Positions 24,830 through 36,239 of a DNA stretch of 44,624 bases are shown here, in pieces. The stretch lies in NCBI GenBank assembly GCA_013115125.1, contig JABANN010000270.1, positions 1-44,624 on the forward strand, read 5' to 3'. The notes under the pieces were generated by a model, which ran no database searches, was not told the DNA's origin, and worked only from the letters and a program-made list of their open reading frames with translations. The DNA is from Perkinsus olseni. Its lineage: Eukaryota. Positions within the stretch are counted from its first letter, which is position 1. Each line of letters opens with the position of its first letter. The translations under genes and the position numbers were made by a program.

Positions 24830-25882
24830 ATGACAGCCTCCCTATTGGAACTGCAGGATGCCCTGTCGGAGCTGAGGGAAGCCGAGAAGGTACGCTGGTC
24901 GCCCCCGGCCCGGTTATTTCCCCTCGTAGTTGCTGAACACGAGAATCCGGGCCCTCCAGAAGCTGCCGTGCTCGCCATGGCTGGAGCCCTCCGACCGAGC
25001 TGCGATCAAACCTGCATTTTCCCTGCTCGATACTTTCCGCCCGACTGGTGGCCAGTCCGGAGGTAGCTCGCTGCTCTCTTGATTGCCGCTCGTATCTCCT
25101 TTTCTAAGCCTTTGGGTAGTGTTGCTCCTTCATCAGGCAAGACGGACCTCCCCAAGACATTATCCTCTCTTCTTCGCAAACCCGAGAGCCCCACGGAGGC
25201 AGCGGAGGGCACCGAAGCTGCTGCTGCTGCTGCTGGTAGCGTTGGAGAGCTCTCTGAGGAGGCCGCTGTCGTGGCTGAGCGTGCTGGGAAGATCAAGAGC
25301 GTTTGCGACCAGGCCTTGAGAGAGGCGGCCGAGGGTAGGCAAGTGGGCTCTTCCATGATGCCAGACAATACAGGACTATGGACTTCGCGTTACCCTCTGC
25401 AGCCGAGAAGCTTGAAGTGGAAATCGGGCGGCTTGCAGAGGAGTCAGCGAAGGTCTTCGCGGAGCTCGAGGAGGCTGAGATGACGATGCCGAGTCCCGAC
25501 GATGCCCCCATGGACGTGTCCTTGGATGGAGGTGGGGACCGTCTCTCCTGGTGCCCCCTCTATGGCCTCTCGCAGCTCCTGAGAATAATGGCGAGATAGC
25601 GGCTGCATTGTCGAGCGACCTCAGAGTAGTGTACTCTCGAGCCCGAGAAGAGCTAGTGCTGGAGGGACCAGAGAGAGAGAAGGTGAGAATCGTTCACATC
25701 GTTAGGGAGCTGCTGGTGGTTCCTAGGCTCTCGTGGCCCACCTCTTCGAAGGCCTTCCGAGGCGGTTGAACTGGTGGTCCAAGCCTCTGTGTGAGGGCCC
25801 CAATCTGCACGAACTAGTCGAGGCTGCTAGGGAGATAGTCAAGCATGCCCAGAGGGATGCAGCTGAAGGGCAGCCGAATTAA
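24830..25882 (+). CDS. Hypothetical helical/coiled-coil protein (multi-exon)
   Basis: MTASLLELQDALSELREAEK|LLNTRIRALQK..; Ala/Glu-rich exons; TAA 25880-25882. Confidence 0.45.
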
Positions 25883-25948
25883 AGTCTATCCACAATCGCT
25901 GTAGTTGTGTTGACCGTCGGACCTGCACTTCAGATTGACCTTCTTGTC

Positions 25949-27827
25949 ATGGCCATACGCCCTCGCCGGAATTGGACAGAGACTGAGGTGGTGTAGCTGC
26001 CCTGCTTCCCCTTTGGACGGACCTTCAGGTGGTGTCTGCTTTGACGGCCTTCGCGGATGCTGTGGGGGACCGAGTAACGGACCGCTCTGAGCTGTCGGAC
26101 TTTCGGAAGCTTGGACTGTCTTGGCCTAAGCTGGTTGATGCAGTGAGGGGCTCACCTCTCACGGCTGAGTTGGACCCGTTGTCCGTGCTCAGAATCCCCC
26201 GCTTGTCAATCGTACGCCAATGGAGGCTCGGAGGAAGGTGAAGGTCATCCTCACGGATCTCAGCGCTCTCTCCCACGACTATGAAGGTCAGCGGTACTTC
26301 CTAGCGCGCTGGCCGAGTCTTCCTGACAATGTCCGAGATGTTCTCATCGGAGAGCCCCAGTCGGCCGCCAGCTCCCTCGCGACGGCGCCCTCGACCTCAG
26401 AAGTGTCTAGCAACTCTCTCGACTTGACCAACACCTCAGAGACGGTAACCAGTTCTCAGGCGCTGAGCAACCTGGACGAAGCGGTTGGCCACGAGGGGCA
26501 AGATTGCAGTCCGGAGTCGGCCAAGAGTGCACGTTCGGCGTTAGAGGAGACCTGGGACTCTGAAGGAGGTTCCTCAGAGGACGAGAAGGAAGAGGAGCAG
26601 GAGGCAGGCATGGATGCATGCGTTGATGATGCTTTCAATGTGACTGAGGTGCAGAGTGCCACCTCGCAGTTGCCGGCGGGCTCGCAGATGCTGGAGGCCT
26701 CGCAGGTCTCCACTGTGCCGCCTCTGGTGAGCAGACTGTGGAAGTCAGTGACGATGATGCCGAGCGATATCGAGGAGGAGGACGAAGAAGATGAGGAGGA
26801 ATCTTCGGGTGACGAGCTCGACAGAATGCTGCCGCTGTTTACAGCGAGAGGTGATCATCGTGACTACAGCGAGGACCCGAGCTCGTGCATCATCGCTGAC
26901 ACTGATTGGTTCGATGCGTGTGAGGTGGTCCTTAACGAGGGGGAGGAGAGGGAGTTGGCGAAGGGCAAGGCAGAGCAGGTCCACGGCTTGAGGGTGGGCA
27001 CCTGGAATGTGTGGTTCAGCAAGAGGAGTCCCAGCCAGTCTCTCAACCGGCAGGAGGAAGTCAAGAAGTTCGTCTGTGGCCTTCACGAAGACGGGTGGCC
27101 GGATATTCTGATGATTCAGGAATCGAACCTCTCCGCCCATCGAGCGCAGATCTGCTATTTCCACACTCATCTGCGTCGCTATGAGTTCCTCACAGGATAC
27201 AAGAGCCAAGTCCATGATACCGGCATTCTGGTGAATTGTGAGAAGTTCTCAGTGGCTCGGCCGGTCCCTGAGGAGCTCCTGATGACGGTTCAAGAAAGGC
27301 TTGTGAGGGCCCACTGTGGCGCTATACCCTCGGGCCAGCTGGCTGCTGCCCTTGGTCGGATATGCGTGATTGAGCTCGAGCACGAGAAGATGAGAAGCCG
27401 GTTTTTTGCTTGTTCGTTTCATGCCACCAGGCACCAAGCCAACGCCTGCAGTTCGGCGGTTCTCCTCTTCCTGCAAGAGCTCAGTGATGCCACTCGAATG
27501 CCGGTGCTGCTCGGTGGTGACTTCAACTGCGATATCGTTGACCTACTCGATGGCAACCCTGACCTCGACAACGCTCTGCCTGGCCTAACTGTGGCTGAGT
27601 ACTCCTACAAGCGCCACCGCTTCAAAGGCAATCGGGACAAACTGATAGACCGTTTGGCGGTTATCAATCCCCGACCTAACAGGGAATTCGACCTCAAGCT
27701 TAGCGGGGTCGCGGCTTGTTGCTTCGAGGAGACTCTCTTCGTGGAGGCCGCCCATGAGCCCGGCGCACGAGTCTTCGACCACTTGCCCATAATGGGTCAG
27801 CTAGTGTTAGGCGAGAAGTGGCTCTGA
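25949..27827 (+). CDS. Myb/SANT-like domain + acidic linker + endonuclease/exonuclease/phosphatase (EEP) domain protein, ~595 aa; exons 25949-25987, 26029-26142, 26193-27827
   Basis: EEP motifs VGTWNV, DILMIQES, SFHA, LGGDFN, LIDRL, FDHLPI. Spliced N-terminus RRNWTETEVVSAL..SWPKL..LVNRTPMEARRKVKVI is in frame with ORF 26220-27827. Confidence 0.8.
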
Positions 27828-27920
27828 TGTGTATCGTTGAGCACGCTGTCGTAGTAGTAGAATTAACCATGTTATTCAGTCTCTCTGTCTCTCCATCGTT
27901 GTGGTGTTGGGAGACGATCG

Positions 27921-28913
27921 ATGGCTGTGCATTTCAGTTGGAACCGGTCGATGGATCTCCTTTGGCTGCTCGAAAGGCCACCTGTGCCGTGCACCCCACT
28001 ACAGCTAGATGCCAGAGGAGTTCCTACCAACAACCAGTCGACTATCTATCAACCCCCATCAACAGCAGCAACAGCCCATCCCTACTACAGAGGGCCGCCA
28101 CTCAATACCCTCGGTCACCATCGACCTCCCTCGCATCAGCCGCATCATCATCAACACCACCACCATCAGCAGCAGCAGCAGTTGCGGATGATGCCTCATC
28201 AGCCAAGACAGTCGTCTTTCGATCAAACTATCGGTACCGCTCTCATCGACCAGACTATACCCTTGGCGGCCCACCCTCTGAGCTCCCATCCAGCGGCCTT
28301 CCCTCCCTACGCCATGCAAATAGGGGGAGGCTTCGACATGGCAAGAGCGCAGCTATCCGGTCCTGTTCGCGCCGCGTCCCCGGCGAGGGGTGTTGGTCGA
28401 AGGAAGGACTATGCGGCACCGCCTGGCGTTTGGAAAAATTCCGGGGGCTATGTATCGACTGTGTACGTGAACAGGAGGCGTTTGTATGGCCCTCTAAGGC
28501 GTACCGTGACCGAGGCGACCGAAGACCGCCGACGGCTGCTGAGTGCTAAGGAAAGCCATGCCACTGAGAGCGAGGTCCGTGATCTTATAGCCTCTATGAG
28601 GCAGGTTACCAAACCCAAGATTGCATCATTTTCATCGTCACGGAAACTGTATGATTCTTTTGAGGGTGCAACTGCACACTCGCCGGGGCAAGCTCGAGAC
28701 CCTATCTTCCCGCGAGATATCGCTGGGAATCCCCTCACGGATCTGCGAGGCCTTCCCCCTGGCCCTCCGCCTTCGAGGGCCAGCATCTATGGCGGAAGCC
28801 TGTCAACTTTCCGAGGCCGACCCGGCTCCCTGCCCCTACCCTCTCATCACCTGTCCTTCACGCCCCCACTGGATTCGGGCTTTCTTGAAGCCGACGTTTA
28901 CGAGCCATCCTAA
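27921..28913 (+). CDS. Intronless putative AP2-like DNA-binding transcription factor with poly-H/Q tract
   Basis: PPGVWKNSGGYVSTVYVNRRRLYGPLRRTVTEATEDRRRL (~28420-28540) follows the AP2 three-strand + helix pattern; flanks are low complexity. Confidence 0.55.
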   Translation: MAVHFSWNRSMDLLWLLERPPVPCTPLQLDARGVPTNNQSTIYQPPSTAATAHPYYRGPPLNTLGHHRPPSHQPHHHQHHHHQQQQQLRMMPHQPRQSSFDQTIGTALIDQTIPLAAHPLSSHPAAFPPYAMQIGGGFDMARAQLSGPVRAASPARGVGRRKDYAAPPGVWKNSGGYVSTVYVNRRRLYGPLRRTVTEATEDRRRLLSAKESHATESEVRDLIASMRQVTKPKIASFSSSRKLYDSFEGATAHSPGQARDPIFPRDIAGNPLTDLRGLPPGPPPSRASIYGGSLSTFRGRPGSLPLPSHHLSFTPPLDSGFLEADVYEPS

Positions 28914-29310
28914 TAGGATGATCCTATCCACTTCATCCTCAAGCTAACAATAATAATAGTAGAGGCCCCTCGGGAGAGTACCCATCATTTAGGAGTGACC
29001 CCCGCTGGATGTGATTGAGGACAACTGAGCTTAGTCTCTGCCATCATCATCATCAACAGCATCATTATCGAATCTGTAACGTTAGCAGGATGAGCTTCGC
29101 TGTAATTTTTCGTAAGGTTGGGTCGTAGTAGACCGTCTCAGCGGAGGAGAGGACGACGTCTTTCGGCAGTCCTTCATCATCAGGCCCTCGGCTATATTTC
29201 ACATTAAAGCTGCCATATAATAATAATCACCATCAGCAACGCCATCACCCTAGGCTTGCGTTCATTCCCTATAGTGGAGGGGTCCCGGGGTCACCAAGTT
29301 GCTTACCGAA

Positions 29311-30189
29311 ATGTCTTCTGGTAGTGCAATCCGAAGGGCATCGGCGGTCGAGTATCATCTGTGCCCGGAGCTGCAGCTTCCGATGGGTCACGTTAAGGAA
29401 GCACTAGCCGCGGTATTCAGGTCTCTCTCTCAGTCCTGCTCCAGTCTGGGCTCAGGTGCTGCACACGATTCTGCTAGGAAGGAGTATAGGAGGCCAAAGC
29501 TGCGTAGAGCCCATCACCGTCTCGAGCGAGGTCATTGACATCCACTACGTAGTTTTACTCCCTTCAGTCTTGCACTAATTATTCATTTCCTCAGTCGAAG
29601 TCGGACGACCCGCACGTGGACAGAACAGTGAAAGCTGCCTTGCAGGAGTTCGGTAGATTCCTCGAGCGCCGGCCAGAGCGGAAGGCCTCTATAGTGCTTT
29701 CCTTCTTCGTTCCGAAGCACCGTAGCTCGATGACCGGTGGGGCAGCAGCGGCTCCTGCTGGCTCCTGGACCTTCAACGTCATCGCCGACTTCCTCTCGGG
29801 CGTGTCCGACAACCGGGAGATGTTCGAGCAATGGACCATACCGGTCCACGTGGTGCCTCCGAGCCACTCTGGCCAAGGCGTATCCAGAGAGGTCAAGGCG
29901 GCGATCAGGAGTGGCGATGTTATCTCGGGCGTAATGTGGTATATTTGCCAAAGGATGCTCAAGTCCAGTCGCGTCCAGCTTCCCAAACCGGGCGTGGCCG
30001 GCAGTCGGAGCTGCTATGATTTTGAGATCACGAACAAGGTCACGGAGGACTCCTCAGCGCGGCACCGGAGTCCATCAGGTGAGCCGCCGGGCGTAGCGTA
30101 GAACCGGTAGGAACCCTCCCCGGTCAGGCGGATGGTCCCCGAGAGCAATTCTGGCCCAGCAAGTTCGACACCTACCGAGCATTGTCTGA
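29311..30189 (+). CDS. ATG101: Autophagy-related protein 101 (HORMA domain)
   Basis: VKEALA|VLHTILLGRSIG..VSSEVIDIHY..DPHVDRTVKAALQEF..IVLSFF..WTF..FEQWTIPVHV..LPK..YDFEI parallels human ATG101 (VEEAMLAVLHTVLLHR..LDRAL..SLEFY..WPF..WEVWTVKVHV). Confidence 0.85.
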
Positions 30190-30303
30190 TGAAGTTTTTG
30201 CAGTAGTACTAAATGTTGTGATCGTTTAATCGAAACATTGACGCTAGCCGTTGACTTGTGTTGTGAGCTCCCCGCCTCGGCCGTCACGGAGCTTCCATGC
30301 TAG

Positions 30304-32030
30304 ATGGGCATCAAGGGCTTGTATGAGTTCTTCAAGTCCCAGGCCCCCTCGGCGATCCGCGAGTGTCGGCCGGAAGAATTTGCGGGGAAGAGGTTGGCGA
30401 TTGACGCGTCCATTTGGATGTACCAGGTGGCACAGCTCCGGCACGGTCCCCTGGGGGCTTCCCTTTAGTCCTCCTCCTCAGTTCAAAAACAAGATACGGT
30501 ATGAAGACAAGATGCTGACTAACAGCAAAGGCGAGTGCACCTCTGGCGTGCATGGTTTCCTCCATCGGACGATCAAGATGCTGGAGCTAGGTAAGGCTGC
30601 TGCGGAGGAGGCCTCTCAGTCCTCCCACCATGGACCAGGTATCCGTCCGATATTCGTCTTTGACGGCCACCCGCCCGCTATGAAGCGCGACTGCCTCAGA
30701 GAGAGGAGGATCCAGGCCATGAAGCAGGAGCGTTCACGCAGGGCCGCGTCCTCCCCCATACCAGCCTCAGAGCCGTCGTCGCAGTGAGCCTCGCTGGTGG
30801 TCGATGGTCGTGGTCAGCTTAGCCCGGCAGTTGCTCGAGCCCGAGTACATCCAATCCGCAGTGTGCGGTGGTTCGAGGCATAGTCAGGAGGCTGGACTTC
30901 GGCGACCCCCGTCCAAACAATAAGGGCTTGGCCCCGGGGTAGCACGGGAGCGATACGGCTGTGCCAGTAGAACTCTCTGTGTGTACAGGAACCTCCCCCT
31001 TCTGAGCCTCTCCCGGCCACTGCCACTTCTGCTGCCTCCTGCAACGACCGTCTACCCTCGTCGCCTCACCCAGGAGGAAGAATACGTTGTGGACGTTGTG
31101 AAGTACCTCGGCTGCGAATATGTCTTGGCGCCGGGAGAGGTGATCTCGACCGCCCAATCAACCCTCATCGTCCCTCCTCAGGCCGAGGCGACGTGCGCCC
31201 AGCTGTGCAAGGAAGGCAAGGCTGATGCAGTGTCAACGGAGGACATCGACGCCGTAGTCTTCGGAGCCCCCCTAGTGCTCAAGAATCTGTCCAACACCCT
31301 CCACCGACTGGAAGGGAACGGCGGTAGGACCTTGGCACGTGCTGATCAGCATCGCCGGCTCCTCGCAGGCTCTCGGTCAAAGGAAGAGGCAACCAACAAC
31401 TACGTACGAGAGATATCACGAGACATCGTGCTCGACGCCTTGGGGCTGACCGCCGAGAGCCTGGCCGAGCTCGCCATTCTGTGTGGTTGCGACTACTGCC
31501 CCAGCATCCCCAAGATCGGCCCCAGCCGGGCCTATGCCCTCCTCCTGAAGCACGGAAACATCACCTCTATCATAACCGCAATAGAGGGTTCCAAATCTTA
31601 CAAGGCACCGTCCGAGTGGGCCTATCGAGAGGCGAAGGAGTTGTTCCTCAACCCGTCCATCACCGCTGAGGTCCCTCCGAAGCCAGCCGTCGACGTAGAT
31701 GCTCTCGCCGACCTCCTCGTTAACCGGCTCAACTACAACCCTACGCGCGTGGACACCATCAAGACCCGAGTAAACCGCATTGGTGAGACGAACCGAGCAG
31801 AGGCCTCCACCCGAACAACCGGCGGTAAACGACAATCGACACTACTGGAGTTTGCGTTCACCCCCGTCCCCAAGCGTTCAAGGACGAGCGCCACAGAGAC
31901 CACACCATCGACGGCAGCTTCCTCCCAACGTAATCTTTGTGATACCGTCGAGGTAGTTGACTTGGACGACGTGTCCTCCTCATCCGAGCCGAGTGATATT
32001 AATATGTACAGTAAATCATTCATTATTTAA
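30304..32030 (+). CDS. FEN1: Flap endonuclease 1-like XPG/Rad2 nuclease
   Basis: MGIKGL..AIDASIWMYQF; GECTSGVHGFLHRTIKMLELGIRPIFVFDG; APGEAEATCAQL; TEDIDAVVFG; LCGCDYCPSIPKIGP (H3TH); PIP-like QSTLLEF near the C-terminus. Confidence 0.88.
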
Positions 32031-32231
32031 TATGTACCATCTACCATCAGCTTGCATGCCTTACAACCTCTGGGTGGTGTTTTTAAGTGCCATACAACCG
32101 TCGTGAGAAGCCCCCAAGTTTCTCGAGAACGCCTCCCAAGTGACCGTTACTGACTACTTCCGGCAACACAAAAACAGCTGTCGTGTAGAGATAAATGTAC
32201 GTAGCAGCGTTATTACTCTATTGGTCACTGG

Positions 32232-35200
32232 TTACCGGGGTGGACCGTCTTCCGGCCCTCTAGCGAAATTATCAACCTTGAAGCGCCACGTCTCCAAATC
32301 ATACGACAGGAAGGTGGCATCCAAGTCCTCAGTCAACTGGCGCATACGATTAATGTACTGAAAAGACCCAAGTGACGACCAGTCTAACGGGCGAATCCAC
32401 CAACCTTCTCAGGCTGCTGTCGCGCTCTCTTCATGTTCTTCGGTTTTACGTAAAGCTCCACCACAGCGGGCTTATTCAGGCCTTTGCCCACCGGAGGCCG
32501 AACTGAAATGCCGCAAGTTGGTGCGTTTGCAAAGCCGTTATATTCCTACCCGAGTCGTCTAGAAAGACGGCAACCTTCCCCAAGACGAACTGGACAGTGT
32601 CGTCCACGGACAAGTAGCGAACATCAGTAAGGCCTGGCAGAGGAAGGCATACTCAGCAAAATCCGGAGATGGGCGAACTCACCAGGCCACGTGATCTTGC
32701 CGTAGGAGTAGTGGCCGATCGCCAAGTTATCGACACGGGCTAGCTCCGCTTCGCTCATCAATGACAAAGCATCGAGTGACGGCCGAATCCTGAGTCCGGA
32801 TCTACCAGGCTGATGGGAAGATGAGGGCACTCACCACATGTTAGGGTCCTTCAGTTTGGGTACCATATTCCGCGGAGCCGGCTCACGCAGCCTCGCGGAC
32901 GCTACACTGGACGACCGTCGACGATCAGCCGACAGAGACCGACGTTCGCACGAAGAGTATCTGCGAGGGAGGGTGGTCTGCTGGGGGCGCCGAGGACGGG
33001 CACTTACACGACGCCCGGGCGGGTGATGACGACGTCGGGCTCGTGGTCGACCAGGGAGGTAGCCAACTCGCTCATCGCTGGTGGAGACCTCCTTGGAGAA
33101 GTCATCGAGCCATATTCCCGGCTAGGGCTGCCATGTGGTGGCGTTGGATGATGGTGTCTGAAGTGAGGAACGCTTCGCCCTCAGTTGAAAAAGGAGAGGA
33201 GGGCCTACTCAGCCAAGGCCACGAAGCTGGACCCAACAGCGTCGGGGTTCCGCAAGGGAAGGGTACCGTCGTCTAGCAGCAAATTGGTGCTCCCTCCACC
33301 TAATCACGGCCAGTACTAGGAGAAGCAATCCGCCGCGACCTACCGCTGATGGTACTAGCACGGCCTGTAGCAGCTCTGGGAGTCATGGCACTGCGCGGTG
33401 TGAGGACATGGTCCGCGCTAGGGGAGGAGGGGTTGCCGCTACCCCTAAGGTGGAGGTGCCGCATTGAAGATGGATTGACTGGAGAGGGCGGCACACCACC
33501 GAGTGCTGGGCCGGGAAGGGACAGCCTGAGCACAACAACATAGTATATCGCTCACCTAGCCCGAGCTTAGTACCTGTCACTGCGAGGAGAGAGTCCGGGT
33601 GATCTGGAAGAAGACGGTGGGGTCTGAGGGCTGCCGCTGACGGTCGTGGGAGGAGGAGGCGCGTGGCTCTTCGGCTCTTCCTTCCAGAGATAAGCAGCCA
33701 GGCTCTTGTCAACCTCCTTAGGCAGGAGCAATCCACTGGGCCGGGGCGGGGCCGGCAGCGACGCCGGTGTTGCTAACTGCTGCTGCTGCTGTTGTTGTTG
33801 GCTTCCACCGAAGAGGCCGCCCCCTTGGGGTTGAGAGGAACCAAAGAGGCCACCACCAGTAGCCTTGTTCCCACCGAAGAGACCTCCTCCTCCGCCACCA
33901 CCGAAGAGACCGCCACCAGACGACGAGGCCGAACTGCCAAAGAGGCCTCCTCCGCCACCCCCGCCACCGAAAAGACCACCGCCGCTTGACGACTGGCCGA
34001 AGAGACCGCCGCCGGACGACGCCGTGTTGCCGAAAAGGCCGCCCCCCGAAGCCGGTTTGTTGCCGAAAAGGCCTCCGCCTCCGCCACCACCGAAGAGACC
34101 TCCTCCACTGCTACTCTGTTGGCCACCGAAGAGCCCGCCGCCGCCTCCGCCGAACAGACCACCGCCGGATGAAGACTGTTGGCCACCGCCAAAGAGGCCG
34201 CCGCCAGACGACTGCCCACCGCCGAATAAGCCGCCCCCACCTCCGCCGCCACCGAAGAGGCCTCCACCGCTGCTACTCTGAGTGCTGCCAAAGAGGCCAC
34301 CGCCAGCTGACTGACCTCCACCGAAAAGACCTCCGCCAGTAGACTGTTGACCACCACCGAAGAGACCGCCACCCGAAGACTGTTGGCCTCCTCCGAAGAG
34401 CCCGCCACCTGTGTTGGGAGTGGACCCGAAGAGACCCCCGCCGCTGGACTGAGCACCTCCGAACAGGCCTCCGCCTGACGACTGTTGGCCTCCACCGAAG
34501 AGACCACCTCCACCAGCGCCACCGCCGAAGAGACCACCGCCTTGACTCGATTGCTGTTGGCCGAAGAGACCACCACCTTGTGAGGACTGTTGCTGGCCGA
34601 ATAAACCGCCGCCTGCTCCACCACCGAAGAGACCGCCCCCTTGGCTACTCTGTTGCTGGCCGAAGAGGCCGCCTCCACCACCTCCGCCGAAGAGTCCTCC
34701 TTGAGATGACGACTGTTGTTGACCGAACAGGCCACCGCCACCACCGCCACCGAAAAGACCACCTTGGCTTGAACTTTGCTGGGCTCCACCGAAGAGTCCG
34801 CCGCCGCCTCCGCCACCTCCACCGAAGAGACCGCCTCCGGCACTCTGTTGCTGCTGTTGACCGAACAGGCCGCCGGCGGGTTTCTGACCAAAGAGGCCGC
34901 CACCCTGGCTCTGCTGCTGCATGCCGCCACCGAAGAGGCCACCACCTGACGATAGTTGAACAAAAGCTAGTTGCGGTACCGCTTCACCGACTGATAGTAC
35001 TACCCTGCTGCTGTGGCTGGCCGAATGCTCCTCCGCCGCCTCCACCGAAGAGGCCTCCACCGGATTGCTGCTGCTGACCGCCGAACAGACCGCCTGAGAG
35101 GGACCACGTCTAAAGAAGGCAACCAGGATACCTTTATCACCTGCCGGTTGCTGCTGCTGTTGCTGCATGCCAGTGGCCCCAGCGGCTCCGGCAGGGCCTC

Positions 35201-35988
35201 GGCCTTGGGCGTAGTCCTCATACCGCAGCTCCTCGAAGGACTTGCCCTTGTAGGCATCCATAGCTGTTATCGATACAAGCTAGCAGAAGGAAGGCTATGG
35301 CGGGGGACAACAAGAGTCTAAGGCCTACTACCTTTAGACGTGAGTCGTGGTCAATCACTTGCTGGTACTTCACCTGGGAGGTGCCTGCTGCCTGGCCACC
35401 TCCACCGAAGGCTCCTCCTCCACCGAAGAGACCACCCCCAGCGCTGCTCTGAATCAACGGGGCCAGTAGTACTAGTCTGGTGGGGTCATGTAATTCACCT
35501 GCTGCTGGCCGAACATTCCTCCTCCTGCCGCTACTGGCTGCTGACCGAAGAGGCCGCCCCCAGTGTTCTGCTGCTGACCGAAAGTTCCGCCACCGAAGAG
35601 ACCGCCACCGGAGGACTAAGATGAATTAAGACGAATTACTATAGCCGGTTGAGGAGGGCATCGATGCACCTGCTGCGGCTGGCCGAAAGCCCCTCCTCCT
35701 CCACCTCCTCCGAAGAGCCCACCAGCTGGTCGCTGTTGTTGGCCAAAGCCGCCTCCTCCGCCGAAGAGGCCGCCCCCTTGGGCCGACTGAGGGCTGCTAC
35801 CGAAGAGGCCTCCACCCGTGTTCTGAGGATCCCACCAGTGGCAATGGTACCTCTACCAGCCATATTACCTGTGGCTGCTGCTGACCACCGAAGAGACCTC
35901 CACCAGCCGGTTGGCCGCCACCGAAGAGCCCTCCTGCTTGGGAACTCTGCTGCTGTCCAAATAAGCCGCCGCCTCCCCCTCCGAACAT
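32232..35988 (-). CDS. NUP98: GLFG nucleoporin, Nup98/Nup116 family
   Basis: Dozens of GGLFG repeats; GLEBS motif [21 protein letters not shown]-terminal domain [65 protein letters not shown] at 32232-32234. Confidence 0.93.
33800..35960 (-). repeat. Coding GLFG tandem repeats (ccaccgaagag on + strand)
   Basis: Repeated [10 protein letters not shown] units within the nucleoporin. Confidence 0.9.
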
Positions 35989-36239
35989 ATTAGGGAAGGG
36001 GAATGGAAGGGTTACAAAACGCTATGGCAATACTAGTAGTTGCTCAACTGTAACTCAATACCACAACCTCCTCAAAATGATAACGACCATCAGACCTACT
36101 ACGCTGTGTAGAATAGAGCAACCAAATGTGTCAAAAACGAGAACAATGATGCAGTACACGCTTTGACCTAAGATACGCCTCGACCAAGGAAACACGATAT
36201 GATAGAGGAGTGACCAGCGCCTATAATCTCCACCCGAAG

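Noticed and set aside
33773-35321. Long Pro-rich (PKRPPP) and Val/Ser-rich ORFs overlapping Nup98
   Set aside because: They are antisense and alternative-frame shadows of the GLFG repeats.
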